Sequence record: CAXMZZ020000009.1
Length of the DNA stretch: 32,000 bases
Strand: one strand, 5' to 3'
Positions 1 through 10,700 of this stretch are shown here, piece by piece. Each line of letters begins with the position of its first letter. Within the stretch, counting starts at the first letter, position 1. The notes beneath the pieces were generated by a model that had not been told where the DNA came from, searched no databases, and was given only the letters and a program-made list of their open reading frames with translations. Made by a program: the position numbers and the translations under genes.

Positions 1-170
1 TTTTTATTTAACTGTTCTAAAAATTCAGTCGAAGAATTAAACGATTTTTTTTTTCTTTGGAATAAATTTGCATTAATAAATGCTTGATTATTTTTATTTG
101 ACAATAAATTAAAAGAAAGATTTTTTTCAAATTGCTGATTAAGTGAAGAATAAAATTTCTCGAATATCAT
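1..170 (-). CDS. 5' part of an unidentified ORF that runs off the window start (hypothetical protein)
   Basis: Hand translation of the minus strand from the ATG at 170-168 gives MIFEKFYSSLNQQFEKNLSFNLLSNKNNQAFINANLFQRKKKSFNSSTEFLEQLNK..., open for 56 codons to the window edge. A stop-free run of that length is unlikely by chance in DNA this AT-rich. I recognise no family. Confidence 0.35.
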   Translation of the reverse strand, partial: MIFEKFYSSLNQQFEKNLSFNLLSNKNNQAFINANLFQRKKKSFNSSTEFLEQLNK

Positions 171-305
171 ATAAAACTATAATTCCTAATTTATTTATAT
201 TAAAAATTCTAATTAAATTTAAATAGAATTGCAAGATTGAAATCCATTGATATTAATATAAAATAAAGTTCTAAACTTTTAATTTTAAATATCTTTTAGT
301 TAAAC

Positions 306-334
306 TTGTATTTTATGAATATTTAGAGTATAAT
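306..334 (+). promoter_or_regulatory. Candidate sigma70/PEP-type promoter for trnF (-35 TTGTAT at 306-311, 17-nt spacer, -10 TATAAT at 329-334)
   Basis: Perfect TATAAT lies 25 nt upstream of the trnF 5' end with canonical 17-nt spacing, but the -35 box is weak. AT-rich DNA produces such matches easily. Confidence 0.3.
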
Positions 335-358
335 AAGTTTATCAATAGAAAAATATTT

Positions 359-431
359 GCCGGGATAGCTCAGTTGGTAGAGCAGTGGATTGAAGATCCT
401 CGTGTCACCAGTTCAAATCTGGTTCCTGGCA
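359..431 (+). tRNA. trnF: tRNA-Phe (anticodon GAA)
   Basis: Folds by hand into a cloverleaf. Acceptor GCCGGGA/TCCTGGC, D arm GCTC-AGTTGGTA-GAGC, anticodon loop TTGAAGA, T arm with TTCAAAT loop, discriminator A. Close to the canonical plastid trnF-GAA sequence. No encoded CCA. Confidence 0.95.
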
Positions 432-483
432 TTTTTTATAGCCTAACAGCGTTTACTAATATATATAACATATAACTTTTGAT

Positions 484-1131
484 ATGGGTAAAGTTTATGA
501 TTGGTTTGAAGAAAGATTAGAAATTCAATCAATTGCGGATGATATTACAAGTAAATATGTTCCTCCACATGTAAATATTTTTTACTGTTTTGGTGGAATT
601 GTATTTACATTATTTTTAGTACAAGTAGCAACTGGTTTTGCAATGACCTTTTACTATCGACCAAGTGTTACTGAAGCTTTTGCTTCAGTTGAATATATTA
701 TGACTGAAGTAAATTTTGGTTGGTTAATTCGTTCAATACACCGTTGGTCAGCAAGTATGATGGTTTTATCATTAATATTACATATTTCCCGTGTATATTT
801 AACTGGTGGGTTTAAAAAACCAAGAGAATTAACTTGGGTTACAGGTGTAACATTAGCAGTTGTTACGGTATCATTTGGTGTTACTGGATATTCTTTACCA
901 TGGGATCAAGTTGGTTTTTGGGCATGTAAAATTGTAACAGGTGTACCTGAAGCTGTACCAGTTGTTGGAACACCAATAGTTTTATTATTACGTGGTGGAG
1001 TTAGTGTAGGACAAAGTACGTTAACACGTTTTTATAGTGCACATACTTTTGTTTTACCAGCAGTTGCTGCAGTATTAATGATTACACATTTTTTAATGAT
1101 TCGTAAACAAGGTATTTCAGGACCACTTTAA
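484..1131 (+). CDS. petB: Cytochrome b6 (cytochrome b6f complex)
   Basis: 215-aa [41 protein letters not shown]... is the highly conserved cytochrome b6 N-terminus. Full length, no intron. Confidence 0.97.
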   Translation: MGKVYDWFEERLEIQSIADDITSKYVPPHVNIFYCFGGIVFTLFLVQVATGFAMTFYYRPSVTEAFASVEYIMTEVNFGWLIRSIHRWSASMMVLSLILHISRVYLTGGFKKPRELTWVTGVTLAVVTVSFGVTGYSLPWDQVGFWACKIVTGVPEAVPVVGTPIVLLLRGGVSVGQSTLTRFYSAHTFVLPAVAAVLMITHFLMIRKQGISGPL

Positions 1132-1173
1132 ATTTAAAATATTAAATTTAATATAACTTAAAAATATTAATTT

Positions 1174-1177
1174 GGAG
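1174..1177 (+). promoter_or_regulatory. Shine-Dalgarno GGAG for petD (6-nt spacer to the ATG at 1184)
   Basis: The sequence reads tttGGAGaaaagtATG. The same TGGAGAAAAG context precedes ftsH. Confidence 0.5.
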
Positions 1178-1183
1178 AAAAGT

Positions 1184-1666
1184 ATGTCTATTATTAAAAA
1201 ACCCGATTTAACAGATCCAAAGTTACGTGCAAAATTAGCAAAAGGTATGGGACATCATTATTATGGTGAACCAGCTTGGCCAAATGATATTTTATATATG
1301 TTCCCAGTATGTATTCTTGGAGCATTTATAATTGTAATTGGTTTAGCAGTATTAGAACCATCAGCAATTGGTGAACCTGCAAACCCATTTGCGACACCAT
1401 TAGAAATTTTACCAGAATGGTATTTCTTCCCAACATTTAATTTATTACGTGTATTACCAAATAAATTATTAGGTGTAATTGCAATGGCGTCAGTTCCATT
1501 AGGTTTAATTACTGTGCCTTTTATTGAAAATATTAATAAATTTCAAAATCCTTTCCGTCGTCCAATAGCATCAACTGTTTTTATAATCGGAACATTTGTT
1601 GCTTTTTGGTTAGGAATTGGTGCTTGTTTACCAATAAATCAAGCTATTACTTTAGGTTTATTTTAA
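1184..1666 (+). CDS. petD: Cytochrome b6f subunit IV
   Basis: [38 protein letters not shown]... matches the conserved subunit IV N-terminus. The ORF-track start at 1172 is a TTG that overlaps the SD motif. The ATG at 1184 gives the usual 160 aa. Confidence 0.93.
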   Translation: MSIIKKPDLTDPKLRAKLAKGMGHHYYGEPAWPNDILYMFPVCILGAFIIVIGLAVLEPSAIGEPANPFATPLEILPEWYFFPTFNLLRVLPNKLLGVIAMASVPLGLITVPFIENINKFQNPFRRPIASTVFIIGTFVAFWLGIGACLPINQAITLGLF

Positions 1667-1692
1667 TTTTTTATAAATTTTAATACTTAAAT

Positions 1693-1739
1693 AAAAAAAG
1701 TTCAAATTTGTCTTTTAAAGACAAATTTGAACTTTTTTT
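1693..1739. terminator. Bidirectional stem-loop between convergent petD and atpA (perfect 47-nt palindrome: A7, stem, T7)
   Basis: AAAAAAAGTTCAAATTTGTCTTT-T-AAAGACAAATTTGAACTTTTTTT. Every position i pairs with 3432-i (checked base by base). It abuts the atpA stop codon (1742-1744). Confidence 0.7.
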
Positions 1740-1741
1740 AT

Positions 1742-3253
1742 TTAAGCACTAAAATTTTGTTTAGTTTCTTGAATAGCAGTTTTTAAAATTTCTTCTGCTT
1801 CACTTGTTAATTGTTTTGATGATTTTACCATTTCAATAAATTCAGGTTTTGAACTACGAAGATATTGACGTAGATTTAAAATAAATGAACGAATTTGAGT
1901 TGTTTCTAAATCATCTAAATAACCTTTTGTTCCAGTATAAATAACAGCTACTTGTTCTTCTACAGGAATTGGTGAACTTTGTGCTTGTTTTAAAATTTCA
2001 CGTAATCTTGTACCTCTAGCAAGTTGTGCTTGTGTTGCTTTGTCTAAATCAGACGCAAATTGTGAAAATGCTTCTAACTCATCAAATTGAGCTAATTCAA
2101 GTTTTAAAGTACCAGCTACTTGTTTCATTGCTTTAATTTGAGCAGCAGAACCTACTCGAGAAACTGAAATACCTACGTTAATTGCTGGTCTTAAACCAGA
2201 GTTAAATAAATCACCTGATAGGAAAATTTGTCCATCAGTAATTGAGATAACATTTGTTGGAATATATGCAGAAACATCACCAGCTTGAGTTTCAATGATA
2301 GGTAATGCTGTCATACTACCACCACCTAATGCATCACTTAATTTCGCTGCACGTTCTAATAAACGTGAATGTAAGTAGAAAACATCTCCAGGGTAAGCTT
2401 CACGTCCTGGTGGACGACGTAATAATAATGACATTTGACGATAAGCTGATGCTTGTTTTGATAAATCATCATAAATGATTAAAGTTGCTTTTCCATTATA
2501 CATAAAGTATTCAGCTAAAGCAGCACCAGTATAAGGAGCAATATATTGTAACGTTGCAGGTTGGTCAGCATTAGCCGCAACAATAATAGTATATGCTAAT
2601 CCACCTTTTTCTTCTAATGTAGTAACAGCTTGTGCTACTGAAGAAGCTTTTTGACCAATTGCTACATAAACACAAACTACATCTTCACTTTTCTGATTAA
2701 TAATAGTGTCTAAAGCAATTGAACTTTTACCCGTTTGACGGTCACCAATAATTAATTCTCGTTGACCACGACCAATTGGAATCATTGCATCAATTGCTGT
2801 AATACCAGTTTGTAATGGTTCACAAACAGATTTACGGCTAATAATACCAGGAGCCATTGATTCAATTAAACGAGATTCAGTTGCTTTAATTTCACCTTTA
2901 CCATCAATTGGTTGTGCTAGTGGATTTACAATACGACCTAATGCAGCCTCACCTACAGGTACTTGTGCAATTCGTCCAGTAGATTTTACAATACCACCTT
3001 CTGAAATTGCTCGACCATCACCCATTAAAACGGCACCAATATTATCATTTTCTAAATTTAAAGCAATACCAATAGTACCATCTTCAAATTCTAATAATTC
3101 ACCTGCCATAACTTCGTCTAATCCATACACACGTGCAATACCATCACCTACTTGAAGTACAGTTCCAACGTTATCTACTTTAACATCTTGACCATAGCTT
3201 TCAATTTGTTGACGTATAATATTACTAATTTCATTTGGATTTATATTAGCCAT
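1742..3253 (-). CDS. atpA: ATP synthase CF1 alpha subunit
   Basis: 503-aa ORF with Walker A GDRQTGKS and conserved alpha-subunit blocks throughout. Confidence 0.97.
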   Translation of the reverse strand: MANINPNEISNIIRQQIESYGQDVKVDNVGTVLQVGDGIARVYGLDEVMAGELLEFEDGTIGIALNLENDNIGAVLMGDGRAISEGGIVKSTGRIAQVPVGEAALGRIVNPLAQPIDGKGEIKATESRLIESMAPGIISRKSVCEPLQTGITAIDAMIPIGRGQRELIIGDRQTGKSSIALDTIINQKSEDVVCVYVAIGQKASSVAQAVTTLEEKGGLAYTIIVAANADQPATLQYIAPYTGAALAEYFMYNGKATLIIYDDLSKQASAYRQMSLLLRRPPGREAYPGDVFYLHSRLLERAAKLSDALGGGSMTALPIIETQAGDVSAYIPTNVISITDGQIFLSGDLFNSGLRPAINVGISVSRVGSAAQIKAMKQVAGTLKLELAQFDELEAFSQFASDLDKATQAQLARGTRLREILKQAQSSPIPVEEQVAVIYTGTKGYLDDLETTQIRSFILNLRQYLRSSKPEFIEMVKSSKQLTSEAEEILKTAIQETKQNFSA

Positions 3254-3321
3254 ACTTCATTTTACCTGTAGTTTTCTTAAATTTATAATTACTTTAAAAG
3301 AAAGTTAAATTTTTGTAATTT

Positions 3322-3924
3322 TTAAATTACAACTTCTAATTCTTTTGCTAAACGTTGTAATTCACCTTTTATACTTAAGTCAATAACTTTTGAACCAATT
3401 TTAATTACTAAACCACCTAAGATTGTTTTATCAATTCGTAATGTTAATTGAAGATTTACTGATTGAACATAAGGTTCAGTAAAAACTGGACCTAACATAT
3501 CATTAAGTTTTCGTGTTAAAGCTTTTTGTTGGTTTGAAGTTAATTCAGTTGTTGACCAAACTTCTACGAATTTAATACATACAAATTCATAAGCTCGTTC
3601 TAAGAATTTTTTTCCAATCGCATTAATATAACCAATTCTTTTCTTATCAATTAATAATGATAAAAAATTCATTGTATTTACACTAAGGGTATTTCCAAAT
3701 GTTTTTTCTAAGATAGCTTTTTTTTCTTTATTTGGAACTAATGGACTTGCAAGAAATGATTCTAAGTTAGGATTATTTACTAAAACTTGTAATAAATCTT
3801 GTATATCAAATATAATTCTATAGAAAATATCTGGATTATCATCTTTCATATAAAGACTTAAACCTAATTGGAATAATGCTTCCGCATAAGGCCCAGCTAT
3901 TTTTTGTCCTACCATTGAACTCAT
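3322..3924 (-). CDS. atpD: ATP synthase CF1 delta subunit (OSCP-like)
   Basis: 200-aa ORF located between atpF and atpA as in cyanobacterial and red-plastid atp operons. N-terminal ...AGPYAEALFQLG... is typical of delta/OSCP. The start overlaps the atpF stop (ATGA). Confidence 0.88.
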   Translation of the reverse strand: MSSMVGQKIAGPYAEALFQLGLSLYMKDDNPDIFYRIIFDIQDLLQVLVNNPNLESFLASPLVPNKEKKAILEKTFGNTLSVNTMNFLSLLIDKKRIGYINAIGKKFLERAYEFVCIKFVEVWSTTELTSNQQKALTRKLNDMLGPVFTEPYVQSVNLQLTLRIDKTILGGLVIKIGSKVIDLSIKGELQRLAKELEVVI

Positions 3925-4454
3925 AATTTACCCCCTAATCGATTAATTTTCGTATCAATGATAAGAGTTTGTTCACTTTTACCTAATTGTTTTTGTAATT
4001 TAACAATAACTTGGTTTAATGCTAATTGTGCAACTTGTTTCATTACATCATTAAAAACTTGTTGTTCTCTATAACGTAAAATTTGTAATGCTGTATTAAA
4101 TCGTTGCGATAACTCTTGATCCGCTTGCTCAAATTCTGTATCTAATAAATTTTTTCGTGTTTCTTGGGTTTGTTGCTTAATATCTTCAATAAGAATACGT
4201 GCTTGAGCCCATTGAATTTTAGCTTCTGATAAACGATCATTAGCTTCATTTAGACGTTTTTCAGCTTCTTGAACATTATTTATAATTTGTTCTTGTCTTA
4301 AACCTAAATTTTCGCCTAAAAAATTACCTAAGACATATACAAGTAATGCAATTAATAAAACAATATTAATTACATTAGTTTCGAGAATATCAGAATTTAA
4401 ACCAAATCCTTCATTTTCATTTGCTATTAAAAAATAACTTAACCAATTATCCAT
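3921..4454 (-). CDS. atpF: ATP synthase CF0 subunit b (subunit I)
   Basis: 177 aa with one N-terminal hydrophobic helix followed by a long charged coiled-coil. Operon position is between atpG and atpD. No intron. Confidence 0.88.
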   Translation of the reverse strand: MDNWLSYFLIANENEGFGLNSDILETNVINIVLLIALLVYVLGNFLGENLGLRQEQIINNVQEAEKRLNEANDRLSEAKIQWAQARILIEDIKQQTQETRKNLLDTEFEQADQELSQRFNTALQILRYREQQVFNDVMKQVAQLALNQVIVKLQKQLGKSEQTLIIDTKINRLGGKL

Positions 4455-4498
4455 TTTTCCATTTGTTTAATTTAATAAAAGTACATTAGGAGTTTAAG

Positions 4499-4963
4499 TT
4501 ATGCAAGAATTTTTGAAATGATTTCATTACTTAATGAATCAATTTCATTTTCTAAACTTTTTAATACATCTTCTTTTTTTGTATAAAAATTATCAGTTAT
4601 TTTACTTGAAAATTGATCAATAAATTTTTGTGATGTATTTGTTTCGTTTTCTAAAATTTCTTTATAAAGTTTTTGTGAGGTAGTAATTTCTAACTGTGCT
4701 TCTTTACGAGCTTTATTTAATTGTGTGTCATACTGCTTCATCAATTGATTAGCTTGAGTTAATATATTTGAAGCCTTTGCAAGGTTTTCTGTAATATATT
4801 GATTTCGATCACTAATTACACTTAATAAAGGTGTATAAAGAATAAAATTTAAAAGAAACATTAAGGCTAAAAATTGTATCGCTATTAATGGTAATGTTCC
4901 ATCTAAATCGAATAATCCACCCGTTTTTTCAGTAGCAAGAAATAAAAAGGTATAATCAATCAT
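4499..4963 (-). CDS. atpG: ATP synthase CF0 subunit b' (subunit II)
   Basis: 154 aa. The N-terminal GGLFDLDGTLPL motif, a transmembrane helix and a charged helix are typical of b'. It lies between atpH and atpF. Confidence 0.85.
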   Translation of the reverse strand: MIDYTFLFLATEKTGGLFDLDGTLPLIAIQFLALMFLLNFILYTPLLSVISDRNQYITENLAKASNILTQANQLMKQYDTQLNKARKEAQLEITTSQKLYKEILENETNTSQKFIDQFSSKITDNFYTKKEDVLKSLENEIDSLSNEIISKILA

Positions 4964-5075
4964 AAAATTTTTTATAAGAAGTAAATTAAATTTTTATATA
5001 GAACAATTCATTAAATAAAAAAGAAAAGCCAAGACATATAGAAAATCTAACATTCCTTATGTCCTGGCATAACTA

Positions 5076-5333
<258 letters not shown>

Positions 5334-5432
5334 CTATTATTTTTATTTTTTAACGAAAAAAGAATTAACAACTTTCAAAAAATATTAAACTATAAAATTT
5401 ATTTAAATAGTAAATATTGAGTATTTATAATC

Positions 5433-6179
5433 TTAGTGTCCCTCAACAGCTTCAGCAATATATGCAGCCGCTAATGTAGAAAAAATTAATGCTTGAATTG
5501 AACTTGCGAAAACCCCTAAAACCATAATTGGTAAAGGAATAATTAATGGTACTAACATTGTTAGAACTGAAACAGTTAATTCATCAGCTAAAATGTTACC
5601 AAATAATCGAAAACTTAATGATAAAGGTTTTGTAAAGTCTTCTAATATATTAATTGGTAAAAGAATTGGAGTTGGTTCTAAATAGCGTTTAAAATATCCT
5701 AAACCTTTTTTCCTAATTCCAGCATAGAAATACATAAGTGATGTTAATAGTGCTAATGCCACCGTTGTATTAATATCATTCGTTGGTGCAGCTAATTCAC
5801 CATTTGGAATTTCAATTAATTTCCAAGGTACTAAGGCTCCAGCCCAGTTACACCCAAAAATAAATAAAAATAATGTACTAATAAATGGTAACCAAGGTCG
5901 ATATTCGCTTTCTCCTAATTGATTTTTTGCAATATCTTGAGTAAATTCAACAACAGATTCCATAAAATTTTGCCAATTTTCTGGAATTCTTTGTTTATTA
6001 CTTGTACCTAAAATAGCAAATAAAATAATTAATAAGATAACAAACCAACTAACTAAAAACACTTGCCCATGAAATGTTATTCCTGCTAATTCCCAGTAGA
6101 AATGTTTGCCAACCTCTACCCCGGATAGGTAGATGATAGAACTTAAACTATCTAAATTCATAGTTTGATTGAAATCCAT
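5433..6179 (-). CDS. atpI: ATP synthase CF0 subunit a (subunit IV)
   Basis: 248 aa, polytopic. Conserved [13 protein letters not shown] motif containing the essential Arg. First gene of the atp cluster. Confidence 0.93.
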   Translation of the reverse strand: MDFNQTMNLDSLSSIIYLSGVEVGKHFYWELAGITFHGQVFLVSWFVILLIILFAILGTSNKQRIPENWQNFMESVVEFTQDIAKNQLGESEYRPWLPFISTLFLFIFGCNWAGALVPWKLIEIPNGELAAPTNDINTTVALALLTSLMYFYAGIRKKGLGYFKRYLEPTPILLPINILEDFTKPLSLSFRLFGNILADELTVSVLTMLVPLIIPLPIMVLGVFASSIQALIFSTLAAAYIAEAVEGH

Positions 6180-6185
6180 ATTAAA

Positions 6186-6217
6186 TGTTAATCAAATAGC
6201 TTGTTAATCAAATAGCT
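6186..6217. repeat. Exact tandem duplication, 2 x 16 nt (TGTTAATCAAATAGCT), 6 nt upstream of the atpI start codon
   Basis: Positions 6186-6201 and 6202-6217 are identical, read directly from the sequence. On the atpI sense strand this is AGCTATTTGATTAACA x2, then TTTAAT, then ATG. Confidence 0.9.
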
Positions 6218-6285
6218 AAAAAATACCTTATGCCAAATAAGCATGCAGATATATAGATTATATATTAAATTTAGTAATTATCTCG

Positions 6286-6314
6286 AATATATAAGTTAAA
6301 AACTTTTTTGTCAT
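6286..6314 (-). promoter_or_regulatory. Candidate PEP-type promoter for the atp cluster (-35 ATGACA at 6309-6314, 17-nt spacer, -10 TATATT at 6286-6291)
   Basis: Read on the minus strand just downstream of the tsf stop codon. Spacing is canonical and both hexamers are imperfect. Confidence 0.3.
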
Positions 6315-6325
6315 AATAAAGTTTT

Positions 6326-6928
6326 TTATTCACCTAATTGGAATCTAATAAAACGGCTAATTTTAATATTTTCACCTAATAATGAAATATTTTGTTTTAT
6401 TAAATCTTCTATTGTTATATTACTATCACGAATAAATGGTTGATCTAATAAACTTTGTGTTTTAAAAAGTTTTTCAATTCTCCCTTCAACAATTTTTTCT
6501 TTAATATTATCCGGTTTATTTATTAAATCTTCTTTACCAGACTCAATACGTTTTTCTTCATCAATAATATCTTGCGAAATATCATTTGTTGAAACAAAAT
6601 TAACAGTTGGAGACGCAGCAATTTGCATTGCAATATTTTTAGCAAGTTCTTGAAATTCTGAACGACGAGCAACAAAATCTGTCTCGCAATTCATTTCTAC
6701 TAGAACTCCTAATTTTGCTCCTGTATGAATATAACTTTCAATAATTCCTTCATTAGCTTGACGACTTGATTTTTTATCAGCTGATGATAAACCTTTTTGT
6801 CTTAAAATTTCAATTGCTTCGTCAAAATTTCCATTCGTTTCCATTAATGCTTTTTTACAATTCATCATTCCAGCACCAGTTTTTTGACGAAGTTCTTTAA
6901 CTGTTTTTGATTTTATTTCTGTACTCAT
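6326..6928 (-). CDS. tsf: Translation elongation factor Ts
   Basis: 200 aa. N-terminal [19 protein letters not shown] (UBA-like EF-Ts signature) and the [11 protein letters not shown] block. Adjacent to rps2 as in bacteria. Confidence 0.9.
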   Translation of the reverse strand: MSTEIKSKTVKELRQKTGAGMMNCKKALMETNGNFDEAIEILRQKGLSSADKKSSRQANEGIIESYIHTGAKLGVLVEMNCETDFVARRSEFQELAKNIAMQIAASPTVNFVSTNDISQDIIDEEKRIESGKEDLINKPDNIKEKIVEGRIEKLFKTQSLLDQPFIRDSNITIEDLIKQNISLLGENIKISRFIRFQLGE

Positions 6929-6952
6929 AAGTTTTATATAATTTTTTAATAA

Positions 6953-7663
6953 TTATTCTTTTATATTTTCCTCTATTGTTGTATTTTGTTGGCCTAAAAG
7001 AATATTGTCTGTTAAATTTTGAAGAATATAATTTATTGAACGAATTGCATCATCATTTCCAGGTATTGGAATATCTGTTAAATCTGGATCACAATTTGTA
7101 TCTAAAATTGAAATAATTGGAATATTTAATGAACGAGCTTCTTTAATTGCTGTAATTTCACGTTTTTGGTCTACAACAATTATAATATCTGGGCGACTCG
7201 TCATTTCTTTAACACCATTAAAATATTTTCGTAAACGTTCAAGTTCTTTTTTTAATTTTGCAGCTTCTTTTTTTGGTAAATTATCAATAATTCCATCTTT
7301 TTCATTTTTTTCTAATTCTTTTAAATATTGAATACGATTTTTTAAAGTTGACCAATTTGTTAACATACCACCTAACCAGCGATGATTAATATAATATGAT
7401 TCACAACGATTAGCTTCTCTAGCAATTACTGATGCTGCTTGTCTTTTTGTACCAACAAAAAGAAATGTTTTTCCTTCACTAGAAGCTGTTTGTACAAAAT
7501 CACAAGCTTGGCTTAATAATTCTGCTGTTTGAATTAAATCTAAAATATGAACACCATCACGTTCTGTATAAATATATGGAAACATTTTTGGATTCCATCG
7601 GTGTGCTTTATGACCGAAATGAACCCCGGCTTCTAATAATTGGGCCAATTGAATTTTAGCCAT
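6953..7663 (-). CDS. rps2: 30S ribosomal protein S2
   Basis: 236 aa. ...[19 protein letters not shown]..., GTKRQA and [10 protein letters not shown] blocks. GGAG lies 10 nt upstream (7674-7677). Confidence 0.95.
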   Translation of the reverse strand: MAKIQLAQLLEAGVHFGHKAHRWNPKMFPYIYTERDGVHILDLIQTAELLSQACDFVQTASSEGKTFLFVGTKRQAASVIAREANRCESYYINHRWLGGMLTNWSTLKNRIQYLKELEKNEKDGIIDNLPKKEAAKLKKELERLRKYFNGVKEMTSRPDIIIVVDQKREITAIKEARSLNIPIISILDTNCDPDLTDIPIPGNDDAIRSINYILQNLTDNILLGQQNTTIEENIKE

Positions 7664-7771
7664 AATATTTTTTCTCCAAAATTATTAATTTTAACTTAAC
7701 TTTTAAAAATTTAAAATTTTAATTAAATCTTCACAAATTATTATACTAGAAAATAAAGAATTTTGATATGA

Positions 7772-10700
7772 TTAAGAATTTAATTCAAATTTAATTTGTT
7801 TTTTTAATTGATTATATTTTTTAGATAAAGGTTTTTTAACTAAATTATTTGATTGTAAGTTTGTATAACCGGTTTGTATTTTAGTTGTTATATATGAAAT
7901 ATCGGTATAAGAATTAAACCCTGTACCAGTTGGAATTAATCTACCAACAATTACATTTTCTTTTAAACCTCTTAACCAATCAACTTTTCCTTGTATAGCA
8001 CCTTCTGTTAAAATTCGTGTTGTTTCTTGAAAACTTGCAGCTGAAATAAAACTATCGGTTTTTAAAGATGCTTTTGTAATACCTAATAATACAGGTTTAA
8101 ATAAAGTTGTATCAGCCGAAGTAACACATTCTGTTATATATTTAAATTGTTGTAAATCAATTAATTCACCAGCCAAAAGAGGAGTTACACCAGATTTAAT
8201 AATTTCAACTTTTCCTGTCATTTGTTTTACAATTATTTCAATGTGTTTATCTGCGATATTAACACCTTGAGAATAATATACAGATTGAACAGAACTAACT
8301 AATAAAGCTTGAACTTTTCTTAAACTTCTATAAGCTGATTCATAATTTGTGAAAATTTGTAAAGATTGATAATAATAATAAAATGCATCAAGAATAGTAT
8401 GTGGATTAATTGAAGCATCATTTAGCGGTTGACCGACTTTTACAAAATCAAATTTACCAACTAATAATCTTTGTGAATAGGAAATATTATAAAGATCTAA
8501 GGAAGATGTTTTACGTGAACTTGGTGTCACCCAAATTTTAATTTTATCGTTACTAATATTTGTTATAAGCCCTGGTCTTGATGTAATAATTGCTTCTATT
8601 TTTGGTATTCTAGCTTCTAAAATTTCTTCAACTCTTGGTAAACCTTGAACAATATCACCTGTTCGTGCTCGTTCGTATACTAATTGACCTAATCTTTCTT
8701 GTTTTTTAACTAAATCACCAGGTCTTTTTTCAATTATTGCCCCGGCAGAAAATAAATAAGGTTGTCCAATATTTATAAAAAGACTATTACCAATTGATTT
8801 CTTAAGAATTCCTGCTGTTTTAATTTGAATATTACTTCCAATTTTATCACCTGGTCGAACCAAAGTATTAAGCTTGTTTAATATTTTTTTATCTTCAAAA
8901 AATATGGATTGATAATTATTTCTATTTTGTAAAAATAATCTAACCTGTTTTCCTAATGTTTGTTTTTTTATAGAATCAATTAAACCTGCTTCTTTTACTA
9001 AAACTTGAATTTTTGCAACAATACTATACGGCTCAATATATTGATTATTTTTAACTAAAATAGGAATTGCTAAATTTTCTGATTTTATTTGATCTGTAAT
9101 AAAATTATTAATCGTTATTTGTTCTTGTGTTATTAATTTTATTTGTATTTTATTACACGTTTCAACAGCTATAGTATGTATTAAACTTTTTGTAATAGCT
9201 TTTGGTTCAAAAATAATATTTTGTTGAACTAAATTACTTGGACTATTTTTTTGTAATCTTAAATTATTTGGGATCTTAATGTTTAATGGTTTAAGTGTAA
9301 TTTCTGGAATTAACTTTTGTTTTTTAAAAATATTTTTAAGTTCATTTATTTGTTCTGTTACTTCATATCTAACAATTGGACGTAACCAAAAAAATAATCC
9401 TTTTTCAGTTTGTTTTACTTCAACAAAGGTTAATCTTTTAATAATATGTTTTTCCTGTAAAATTTCACCTGGGAAAAATATTTTTTGATGATAATTTTTA
9501 ATTATAGTATTCTCAAAAGTTTGAATGGAAACACTTGGTTTTATTAATATTTCTATATTCTCATTATTAGTTAATGATTTATTAATATCAATAAAACCTT
9601 CTATATTTGTAATTTTCCCTGGAACAATTTCATTGGATTTTTTTACATAATCCCCAACTTTAAACTTTAAATCACTTTTATTATTTTTTAAATGATAAAC
9701 AGCTTCAGGAATATAAAAAATAGTATTTCCATTTCTAATTATATTAGAAAAATAATTTCCTTTATTTTGATTATTACCTGGACTAATTAAACCACCTGTT
9801 TTAAGTTGATATTTTAAGTTTTTTAAGTAACCAAAATTTATTTTTTGTTTATAAAGAATATAATTAGATTTTGATAATGTAAATTTTATTTTATAGTTTC
9901 TATCTAAATAAAGATAACATTTTTTTGTTTTATTTTCTTGTTTTTGAATATAAATTTGTCCTTTACTAAAAAGCTTTATATTTCTAGTAATATTTATAAT
10001 ACTATTGGTTTCACTAGAATTTTCTAAATTAATTAAACCACCATAAATACTAATTAATTTTGTTTCGGCTAGAACATGATTTTGTTTTAAAGTTTGAAAA
10101 TTACGTACTTTTAATTTAGCAAGTGGGGGAATATTATAAACATCTCCGGATAAAAGCCAAAGAACCGAATTAGATTGTTCTAAATCAATATTAGAGTTTT
10201 TTGAATCAATTTTATATTTTTGTTTATTTTTATTTTCAAGAATAATTTCACCTGAAAAATTTGCAAAAACATCTTTAAAAGCAAATTCTTCACCTGTTTT
10301 TGTTGTTTGACTAGGTAATTCAAATAAAATATCGTCTTTTTTTACATAAGTTTGATCTTTAATTAATATTAATGTTTCTGGACTTAAAACAATTTTAAGA
10401 ATTTCATTTTTATAACTTATAAGGCGAATTGTACTTTCATTTAAACAAATTAAAGCTTTTTCTCCATATTTTGTTCTCGTTTCTTGATATTTTAAAAATT
10501 TTGAAAAAGATATTTTGCCTGAAAATTTTGCTCGAACTTGACGACTGGGCTCAGTAGTAAAAACTCCACCAGTATGAAATGTTCGCATAGTTAATTGTGT
10601 ACCCGGTTCACCAATCGATTGCGCAGCAATAATCCCAACGGCTTCCCCAAGATCAATTAAATTCCCATAAGCTAAATTCCACCCATAACATTTTGTACAA

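Noticed and set aside
1172-1183. TTG-initiated N-terminal extension of petD (MEKS...)
   Set aside because: The TTG overlaps the GGAG SD motif. The ATG at 1184 has ideal SD spacing and reproduces the conserved 160-aa subunit IV N-terminus.
9279-9488. 69-aa plus-strand ORF inside rpoC2
   Set aside because: It lies entirely antisense to a conserved gene and has a low-complexity F/L/I/S composition typical of the reverse frame of AT-rich coding DNA. It has no motif and no SD.
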